64,000 nt of DNA from Myxococcaceae bacterium (lineage in GTDB: Bacteria; Myxococcota; Myxococcia; Myxococcales; Myxococcaceae). The position numbers and the translations under genes are program-made. The DNA lies in assembly GCA_035622755.1 (NCBI GenBank), contig DASPUU010000137.1:3498-67497 (forward strand). The letters are read 5' to 3'. Below, one piece after another: positions 56,801 through 64,000 of this stretch. Each line of letters opens with the position of its first letter. The stretch's first letter is position 1. The notes below the pieces were generated by a model that had not been told where the DNA came from, made no database searches, and saw nothing but the letters and a program-made list of their open reading frames with translations.

Positions 56801-57357
56801 CGCTCGAGCTCGGGGGCCTCGCGGACCACCCGCATCCCGCGCCCCCCGCCCCCGTGGGCGGCCTTGACCAGGGTCGGCCCGTTCTTCTCGAAGAAGGCCC
56901 GGGCGGCGGCGAGCATCTCCGCCTCCGAGCCCTCCAGGGTGGCCCCCGGCACCACCGGCACGCCGACGCGCGCGGCCAGCTGCTTGGCGGCGACCTTGTC
57001 CCCCATCAGGCGCACCACGCCCGAGCGCGGGCCGATGAAGCGCACCCCGCGGCGCTCGCAGGCCTCGGCGAAGTCGGCGTTCTCGGCGAGGAAGCCGTAC
57101 CCGGGATGGATGCCGTCGGCGCCGGCGGCCTGGGCCACGTCGAGGATCTCCTCGATGCCCAGGTAGGCCTCCACCGGCCGCTTCCCGTGGCCGACGCGGT
57201 AGGCCTCGTCCGCCTTGTGCCGGTGCTCGTTGACCCGGTCCTCGTCGCTGTAGATGGCGACGGTGCGGATGCCGAGCTCGCTGCAGGCGCGGAAGACGCG
57301 GATGGCGATCTCGCCGCGGTTGGCGCACATGACCTTCTTCAGGGGGACGATGGGCAC
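53866..57357 (-). CDS. pyc: pyruvate carboxylase
   Basis: 1163 aa. Biotin carboxylase N-terminus (KKVMCANRGEIAIRVFRA), carboxyltransferase TIM-barrel region (DTTMRDAHQSL), C-terminal biotinyl motif EAMKMET. Confidence 0.95.
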   Translation of the reverse strand: MPIVPLKKVMCANRGEIAIRVFRACSELGIRTVAIYSDEDRVNEHRHKADEAYRVGHGKRPVEAYLGIEEILDVAQAAGADGIHPGYGFLAENADFAEACERRGVRFIGPRSGVVRLMGDKVAAKQLAARVGVPVVPGATLEGSEAEMLAAARAFFEKNGPTLVKAAHGGGGRGMRVVREAPELERMLAAARSESQAAFGSPAVFLERYLPRVRHVEVQVLGDLHGALVHLHERECSVQRRYQKIIEIAPAPNLADSVRQRLFDAALKLMRAAEYTSAGTVEFLVAGEDIYFIEVNARLQVEHTCTEQVTGVDLVQAQLRIAEGYPLSSPEIGIEGQSAIQPRGFAVQLRVTTEDPANNFLPDSGTIQAWRPATGFGIRLDGGNGYPGAVISPSYDSLLVKMIAYAPTFRGAVRKGQRALREFRIRGVKTNLHFLENVLQSEPFLRGETYTRFIEETPSLFQFAPRRDRATKLLQYLGEVIVNGHPTIPRALRRRSREFAPPRVPAVPPGPPPAGTKQILDQKGPRGLAEWVKAQERVLLTDTTMRDAHQSLLATRLRTTDLLRIAPATVRLAPALFSLECWGGATFDTAYRFLNEDPWARLRALRAAVPNLLLQMLLRGANAVGYTSYPDNVVEAFVDEAAEAGIDVFRVFDSLNDLESMEVSVRRILRTGKVAEVAMCYTGDVSNEKRPKYDLAYYADLARRIEDMGAHFLCIKDMAGLLRPRAAAFLIDRLKEATHLPIHLHTHDTSGNGGAAYQVAIDHGVDIVDVAFAPMAGLTSQPSMNALVSALRGHPRDTGITNKLLQPLANYWEDVREPYSPFECGLKSSTSEVYYHEIPGGQYSNLRPQVAELGLLPRWNDVKDAFAVVNMLVGDIPKVTPSSKMVGDLAIFLLKNDLLVKGPTFDATVAATRSRVLAEAERLDFPTSVVGYFQGQLGNPPGGFPEDLRRAVLKGLPVVVGRPGASLPPMDLEAVRAKLSERTGRPARRDEALSAALYPRVMDEFLDAYARFEDVSILDTPLYFYGLEVGQEVFVDLEPGKTLVIALSAVGEPDENGMRTVYFELNGHGRQVVVRDRARAPLVQEARKAEKGNADQVGASMPGTVIALHARVGDAVAAGAPLLTLEAMKMETVVRAPRAATVRELVPSLKGRVQAGDLLAVLG

Positions 57358-57778
57358 GGCGGAACCTCGGCGGTGGCTGGCCGCATGCTACGCTTTCGAG
57401 GATGCGGCGCGCTGGGCAAGGCAGGCGGGCGAGGTCGCCGGCGCCCCAGGGGCCCCCGCGCGGCCACGCGGGTCTACGGCGCAGCGCCAGCGCCGGGGGT
57501 GCCCGTCGCCGTGAGCTCGAGCGGATCGCGGCCATGACCCCCCTCGAGCGCGTCGTGCTCGCGCTCGAGCTCGGCGAGCGCGACCGGCTGATGCGCCGGC
57601 GCACGCAAGCTGGCGCAGGGTCGCCAGAGGGCTGAGTTCATCTTTCCCGATTCGGAGGACCCGCTCGGCGGCGTGATGAACGTCGAGGAACGGTCCCGGT
57701 CCGTCCCGCACCCCGGCGGTCACGCCCGAGCAGCGGACTGTGCTGCCGCCGCCTCCTCCCTCGTGGCAGGTTGCGGTC

Positions 57779-58240
57779 ATGGCCCCTGTCCCTCCTCCAG
57801 GCATCGAGATCAGCACCGACCCGGGGCGCCTCGACGTCGGGCTGATCCACGACTTCCTCCGCGGCTCCTACTGGTCGCCCGGCATTCCGCGGGACATCGT
57901 CGAGCGCGCCATCGAGAACTCGCTCTGCTTCGGGGCCTACCAGGGAGCCCGCCAGGTGGGCTTCGCGCGGGTGGTGACCGACCGGACGACCTTCGCCTGG
58001 CTGTGCGACGTCTTCGTCGTCGAGGGCCACCGGCGCCGGGGCATCGCCGACGCCCTCGTCTCGACGGTCATGGCGCACCCCCAGCTCCAGGGTCTCAGGC
58101 GCTGGAGCCTGGCCACGCGCGACGCCCACGCCCTCTACCGCCGGCACGGCTTCGCACCGCTCGAGAACCCGGGCCGGATGATGGAGATCCGCCGGGGGGA
58201 CATCTACCTCGAGGCCGCTCAGGGCAAGCCGCAGCCGTAG
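57779..58240 (+). CDS. GNAT-family N-acetyltransferase
   Basis: Acetyl-CoA motif A region (VFVVEGHRRRGIADALV) and ...ALYRRHGF. ATG 57779 inside track ORF 57740..58240. Confidence 0.7.
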   Translation: MAPVPPPGIEISTDPGRLDVGLIHDFLRGSYWSPGIPRDIVERAIENSLCFGAYQGARQVGFARVVTDRTTFAWLCDVFVVEGHRRRGIADALVSTVMAHPQLQGLRRWSLATRDAHALYRRHGFAPLENPGRMMEIRRGDIYLEAAQGKPQP

Positions 58241-58605
58241 ACGATCTGCCCGGCGTCCATTCCCGCGTCGGTGCCGCCGTCGGCCGGCGTCCCGGCGTCC
58301 ACCACTCCGCCGTCGGGGAGCAGCACACGCTCCACGCACTTCTCCGGCCCGCCGTCGGCCACGCAGGACTCACCCAGGCACTGCGGGATGGAGCAGTCCT
58401 CGGGTGCACACTGCCCGGTCGGGTAGCAGTACCCGGACCCGCCGTCGGTCGGCACCACGCACCACTGCCCGCCCCCGCAGTCGGCGGCCACCGCGCAGGC
58501 GAAGTGGCCCGTGTCCGGGTCGATGCCGAAGCTGCAGCGGGCGAGCCCGGCCAGAGCGGCCGCTCCGACCGCCAGCCAGACCACCGAGTGCCCCGGCCGA
58601 TGCAT
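58219..58605 (-). CDS. cysteine-rich secreted hypothetical protein
   Basis: 128 aa, N-terminal signal-like helix, 11 Cys in a Gly/Asp-rich sequence. 22-nt convergent overlap with the GNAT gene. Confidence 0.45.
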   Translation of the reverse strand: MHRPGHSVVWLAVGAAALAGLARCSFGIDPDTGHFACAVAADCGGGQWCVVPTDGGSGYCYPTGQCAPEDCSIPQCLGESCVADGGPEKCVERVLLPDGGVVDAGTPADGGTDAGMDAGQIVYGCGLP

Positions 58606-58755
58606 CCGGCTAATGCTCCACCCGACCGCGAATCGAGAAGACCCGGTGCGCTGCGGCGGCGCGCGGTGGGGCCTGACGGAAAGGCGGGCGATACGTCCTC
58701 GTCGGCGGCCTCGTCCGGCTCGGCTCCCCGCGCTCGTCGACCGCCGGACGAAGCA

Positions 58756-59835
58756 TCAGAAGCTCCCCGAGACGGCCAGCGAGACACCCTTCGGCCCCAC
58801 CCCCACCGCCGCGCGCGGCGCCTCGGCCGGGGCCGAGCTGGCGATCCAGGTGAGGATGCCCCAGGTGAGCAGCCCCGCCCCGGCGATGCCGAAGCACACG
58901 TTGGCCCAGGTGGCCTGGTTCTGACCGCTCACCGCCTGCGAGTAGCTGCCCTGGTAGGTGTTGCGCGCCGGGTTGTAGCCGGCCTGGAGATCGTTCGCGG
59001 TGTTGTTCGACGCCACCGCGAGCCACGTCCCGGCCACCGCCGCCCCCACCCCCACCCCGAGCGCCACCCACCCGGCGACGGGCACCCGGAAGCCGCCTCC
59101 CCTGGCCGGCGCCGGCTCCTGGCTCGGCGGCAGGGCCAGCGCCGCCGCCCCCATCCCGGGCACCGCCACCAGCCGGACGATGTCACGGGTGGTCTGGCCC
59201 GGCTCCACCGACACCAGCCGCTCCACCGGATAGAAGCCCTTGGCCTCCACGCGGATCTCGTGCTTGCCCGGAACGAGCGTCCGGGTGACCGGCGTCTTTC
59301 CCCAGGGCTCTCCGTCCAGGGTCACGTCCGCGCCGGGGACGGCCGTCTCCACCACCAGGGTGCCCTTCGAGTCCGCCTGCCCGCGCAGGAAGCCGGGGAT
59401 GGCCTCGCCCACGTCCGCCTGGAGCCGCCGCGAGGCGATGAGGATGGCGCGGTCGACCTCGGTCACCACCGCCGGCGGGGTGAGCGAGAGGAGCCAGAGG
59501 TGGACCAGGTAGTGCGTCTCGTCGCGGGAGAGCGTCCCCACCACCGCGCGGCCCACGGGAAGCCCGCCCAGGAGCGCGGCGACGCAGCCCGGGGAGCCGC
59601 CGCACTGCCTGAGGGCCAGGGCGTTCTTCGAGCCGAGGAAGGTGTCCACCTCCTCGGGCGACACCACCTTCGTTCCCTGGGCCCGGGCGCCGTCCACCAC
59701 CTGGCGGGTGATCTGCTCGGCCAGCCCGAGCATGGTCGGCGGTGCGCTGACCTCGACCACGGCCAGTCCCTGCGACGGCGCGGCGGCCGCGGAGGTGACA
59801 AACAGCGAGAGCGCCGCTAGGACCTCCCTCGGCAT
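58756..59835 (-). CDS. PEGA-domain protein
   Basis: Signal peptide from ATG 59835 (MPREVLAALSLFVTSAAAA). PEGA motif region (VPGADVTLDGEPWGKTPVTRTLVPGKHEIRVEAKGFYP). Hydrophobic C-terminal segments, terminal Phe. Track ORF extends to 59886. Confidence 0.65.
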   Translation of the reverse strand: MPREVLAALSLFVTSAAAAPSQGLAVVEVSAPPTMLGLAEQITRQVVDGARAQGTKVVSPEEVDTFLGSKNALALRQCGGSPGCVAALLGGLPVGRAVVGTLSRDETHYLVHLWLLSLTPPAVVTEVDRAILIASRRLQADVGEAIPGFLRGQADSKGTLVVETAVPGADVTLDGEPWGKTPVTRTLVPGKHEIRVEAKGFYPVERLVSVEPGQTTRDIVRLVAVPGMGAAALALPPSQEPAPARGGGFRVPVAGWVALGVGVGAAVAGTWLAVASNNTANDLQAGYNPARNTYQGSYSQAVSGQNQATWANVCFGIAGAGLLTWGILTWIASSAPAEAPRAAVGVGPKGVSLAVSGSF

Positions 59836-60871
59836 GGCCGAGAGGATAGACGAAGTCGCCGGGGGCGTCGTGGAGGTGGCCTTCACCGTCGAGCCGAACT
59901 ACGACGGTTGGCGGCTCGACGTTTACCTCCGCGAGAAGATTCGCCGGCTGTCTCGCACGCGCGTCCAGCGCATTCTCCGCACGGCGGTGGTGTGCGACCA
60001 CCCGCTCAAGCCGAGCACCCGCGTCTGGCCGGGCCTCACCTTCCGGCTGCGCCGCCGCTCGCTCGCCGAGCCTCCGACCCCGGACGCGGTCCGCGAGACG
60101 TACCGCGACGAGGCGCTGCTCGTGCTCGACAAGCCCGCCGGGCTCCCCATCCATCCCACCGCGCGCTACCACCACGGGACGCTGGTGGCGCTGCTCCGCC
60201 GGCGCCACGGCCCGGACTTCCACGCCCATCCCGCCCACCGGCTGGACCGCGAGACGTCCGGGCTGCTCGTCTGCGGCCGCACCGCCGAGGCGTCCCGGGC
60301 GCTGATGCGCGCCTTCCAGGGCGGCCGGGTCCACAAGGAGTACCAGGCCATCGTCGAGGGCTGGCCGGGCGAGGACGGGTTCACCGTCGACGCTCCGCTC
60401 GCCGAGGGCACCTCGGAGATCCGCATCGCCGTCCGGGTGGATGCCGCCGGGCGGCCGGCCCGGACCCGCTTCCGCGTCGAGCGCCGCTTCCTGCGCGAGG
60501 GCGAGCGCTTCGCGCTCCTCCGCTGCTTCCCGGAGACCGGGCGGCAGCACCAGATCCGCGCCCACCTCAAGCTCGCCGGACACCCGCTGGTGGGGGACAA
60601 GATGTACGGCCCGGACCCGGGCTACTTCGACCGGTTCAGCCGCCGCTGCCTCGAGCCCGAGGCCTGGGCGCGGCTGCGCCTCCGCCGGCACGCGCTCCAC
60701 GCCTCCCACCTCGCACTTCCTCATCCCCTCACCGGCGACCGGGTGGCCTTCACGGCGCCTCTCGCCGAGGACCTGGCCGGCTTCCTCCCCCGGGTCGGCG
60801 GTGACGCGGCGTCGGCGGATGACCCACCCGCCTCCGCCCTCGACCTCCGTCGTCTCGCGCACTTGGGGTGA
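59834..60871 (+). CDS. RluA-family pseudouridine synthase
   Basis: S4-like N-terminus (WRLDVYLREKI..LSRTRVQRIL), catalytic motif HRLDRETSGLLV, ...TGRQHQIRAHL. ATG 59834 inside track ORF 59642..60871. Confidence 0.85.
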   Translation: MAERIDEVAGGVVEVAFTVEPNYDGWRLDVYLREKIRRLSRTRVQRILRTAVVCDHPLKPSTRVWPGLTFRLRRRSLAEPPTPDAVRETYRDEALLVLDKPAGLPIHPTARYHHGTLVALLRRRHGPDFHAHPAHRLDRETSGLLVCGRTAEASRALMRAFQGGRVHKEYQAIVEGWPGEDGFTVDAPLAEGTSEIRIAVRVDAAGRPARTRFRVERRFLREGERFALLRCFPETGRQHQIRAHLKLAGHPLVGDKMYGPDPGYFDRFSRRCLEPEAWARLRLRRHALHASHLALPHPLTGDRVAFTAPLAEDLAGFLPRVGGDAASADDPPASALDLRRLAHLG

Positions 60872-60914
60872 ACGGGCCGGGCGTGGCACGTGCGGTGCTC
60901 CGGTGTAGGCAGGA

Positions 60915-62234
<1,320 letters not shown>

Positions 62235-62238
62235 TCCC

Positions 62239-63816
62239 TCACACCTCGTCCCGGGCGCGCAGGGCGCCGGCGCTCACCGGCAGGGCGGCGCGCTGCGCGG
62301 TGAGGGCGGCGTGCTCCTCGCGCGAGGCGAGCAGCTCGGCGCGGGGGGCGCGCTCGGCCATGAGCCGGGCCGCCGCCACCGGGACCAGCGGCCGCACGAA
62401 GAGCTTGAGCACCGGGACGAGCTGCAGCGCCCGGGCCGCGGCCAGCCCGGCGAACTCCGCCGGCTGGGCCTCCACCGCCTCGGCCGGGGAGAACACCGCG
62501 CGGGTGAGCCGGCTCCACAGCCGCTCCAGCCCGCGGGCCAGCCAGCCCAGCACCGGAAGCGGCGCCAGGTACCGGTGCCAGAGTCGGAGGAACCAGGGCG
62601 GCCGGGCCACCCCCTCGCGCTCCCAGGCCCGGGCGCTCTTGCTCGCCGTCCACACCACCCACCAGTAGGCCGCCCAGCCGGCGGTGAGCACGCTGGTCAG
62701 CGTGGCGCGGTGGGGGAAGGGGAGCGCCAGGAGCGCGAGCAGGGCGGTGCCGGGCAAGAAGACCATCAGGCTCCGCGTCCGCTGCTTGAGCTTGCGGCGG
62801 ATCCACCGGACGTTGATGCGGACCCGCGGTACGAGCGGCGGATCCTCGGGGGCGACGCCCAGGAGCAGGCTGGCATCCCGGGCGATGGCGGCGTGGTAGT
62901 CGCGTGACAGGGCGATGACCGCCGCCTGGACCAGGCTCAGCGTTCCGTAGATGGAGAGGAAGAGGGCCAGCGCCGAGTCCCAGAAGCCTGGCCGGGTGCG
63001 CTGCTCGAGCACGTCGAGCTCGGCCCCGAGACGGATGAGCTGGGCCCGCTGGTCGTCGGTGAGCGGCATCTTTCGCGCGGAGCGCTCCAGCGCGGTGAGC
63101 TCACGGTCCAGCTTCCGGCGGGCCTCCTGGAACTCGGGGTCGCGCCGCACGGCGGTGGTGTCCGCCTCCTTCCCCAGCTCGGCGATGGCTGCGCCCAGCG
63201 CGCCGGCGGCCTTCTGCAGCTTCGTGCCGCTGTCAGCCTCGCGGGCCGCGTCGTCCTCGTCCACCTCCAGCGCCTCGTCGTCGTCCCCGTCCTCGTCCTC
63301 CGTCTTCACCGCTGGAGCAGGATGCGTCGCCGGTGGAGCCCGGGAGCGCGTCCTCGGCACCGGGGCCGTCGCCGCGGTCACCGGCTCCTGACTGCCGGCG
63401 GACCGGCCAGGTCCGGAGCCCGTGGCCACGCCGGGCTTGGACGCCTCCACCTGCTGCACCCTGGCCAGCGCCTTCCGGACCCGCTCCTCGCGGAGGTCCT
63501 CGGACGACCGGCGCGCGGTGGAGAGCGAGACGCCGGCGGCGGCCACCGTCACCAGCGCCTGGGCGATGCACACCCGGAGGTAGCGGCGCCAGGCGATGCG
63601 GTCGCCCCGGACGGCCCGGAATGCCTCCCACAGCTCGGCGAAGCCGTGCCTGAAGCGGCGGCTGAGGGAATCCAGGGTCTTGGCGTCCAGGGGGCCCACG
63701 GTGCTTACACGACGGCAACGATGCACCGATTTCTCGGTGACGTCATGCCACCGCCCCGAGCGACGGCCAGGCGTCACCGGGCGGCCCCGTTGACCGCTGC
63801 GTGCGGAGGCAGGCAA
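62239..63816 (-). CDS. hypothetical membrane protein (start uncertain; GTG 63699 plausible)
   Basis: Track ORF 62239..63816. Acidic/coiled middle part and several C-terminal TM helices (LALFLSIYGTLSLVQAAVIAL, MVFLPGTALLALLALPF, LTAGWAAYWWVVW). No motif recognised. Confidence 0.5.
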   Translation of the reverse strand: MPASARSGQRGRPVTPGRRSGRWHDVTEKSVHRCRRVSTVGPLDAKTLDSLSRRFRHGFAELWEAFRAVRGDRIAWRRYLRVCIAQALVTVAAAGVSLSTARRSSEDLREERVRKALARVQQVEASKPGVATGSGPGRSAGSQEPVTAATAPVPRTRSRAPPATHPAPAVKTEDEDGDDDEALEVDEDDAAREADSGTKLQKAAGALGAAIAELGKEADTTAVRRDPEFQEARRKLDRELTALERSARKMPLTDDQRAQLIRLGAELDVLEQRTRPGFWDSALALFLSIYGTLSLVQAAVIALSRDYHAAIARDASLLLGVAPEDPPLVPRVRINVRWIRRKLKQRTRSLMVFLPGTALLALLALPFPHRATLTSVLTAGWAAYWWVVWTASKSARAWEREGVARPPWFLRLWHRYLAPLPVLGWLARGLERLWSRLTRAVFSPAEAVEAQPAEFAGLAAARALQLVPVLKLFVRPLVPVAAARLMAERAPRAELLASREEHAALTAQRAALPVSAGALRARDEV

Positions 63817-63830
63817 GGTCCCTGTCGACC

Positions 63831-64000
63831 GTGGCCCGCCCGTCTCGCCTCTCCGGCGCCGCTCTTGGGGTGCTGTTCCTCGCCGTGCCGGCTGCGGGCG
63901 CCTCGCTGCCCCCGGCGCGCAGCGTGCTCGTGCTCTACGGGTTCGATCCCTTCGCCCCGGCGGTGGTGGCCTTCGACACCGCCCTGCACACGACCCTGCT
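63831..64000 (+). CDS. 5' end of an ORF with signal-peptide-like N-terminus (continues beyond window)
   Basis: GTG 63831 then ARPSRLSGAALGVLFLAVPAAGASLPPARSVLVLYGFDPFAP..., open to the window end. Not in the ORF track because no stop is reached. Confidence 0.3.
   Translation, partial: MARPSRLSGAALGVLFLAVPAAGASLPPARSVLVLYGFDPFAPAVVAFDTALHTTL

Noticed and set aside
57402-57635. 77-aa track ORF in the 421-nt divergent gap between pyc and the GNAT gene.
   Set aside because: Arg/Gly-rich, no RBS, no motif. Only the last ~33 residues look protein-like. Insufficient support to call a gene.
57636-57681. GTTCATC-N32-GATGAAC inverted repeat in the pyc/GNAT gap, sharing the TTCATC/GATGAA hexamer with the repeat at 21129-21159.
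   Set aside because: With 6-7-nt arms, a handful of chance occurrences are expected in 64 kb on both strands. The shared hexamer alone does not establish a common regulator site.

Overview
Very GC-rich bacterial chromosome segment. I recognised no rRNA, tRNA, CRISPR array, transposase or integrase. About 60 protein-coding genes can be supported. The housekeeping and envelope genes fall into these blocks: astB; an LPS block (LpxL-family acyltransferase, lptC-like, lptA, lptB, rpoN ... hpf, ptsN); dtd; a Pal-like OmpA lipoprotein; nhaA; a PBP4-type carboxypeptidase with a long helical tail; ssb ... selB; a partial complex-I operon (nuoE-F-J-K-L-M-N); kdsA-pyrG and kdsB; a four-gene Mla/MCE lipid-transport operon; and pyruvate carboxylase. 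The accessory and signalling content has three parts. First, an ECF sigma/anti-sigma pair is translationally coupled to a cysteine-ladder lipoprotein. Second, a BlaI-type repressor sits with an M56 (BlaR1-type) protease whose sensor position is occupied by HEAT repeats, followed by a secreted HEAT protein. Third, an ~11-kb signalling island holds a PilZ-receiver protein, a predicted pseudokinase, a DUF309-CPXCG frame with no canonical start, a secreted beta-solenoid-like protein, three tandem paralogous transmembrane Ser/Thr kinases plus an internally deleted fourth copy, and an HTH-receiver regulator. The most unusual non-coding signal lies between selB and a convergent methyltransferase gene. 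It is an orphan sigma-54-type promoter (TGGCACG-N4-TCGCT) with an upstream palindrome and a strong intrinsic terminator ~120 nt downstream, which suggests a sigma-54-dependent small RNA. The gene content (many Ser/Thr kinases, PilZ, PEGA, HEAT, sigma-54) suggests a Myxococcota-like organism, but that is inference only. Most long track ORFs lying antisense to the genes listed are GC-rich artefacts. All start codons are chosen by eye and may be off by a few codons.
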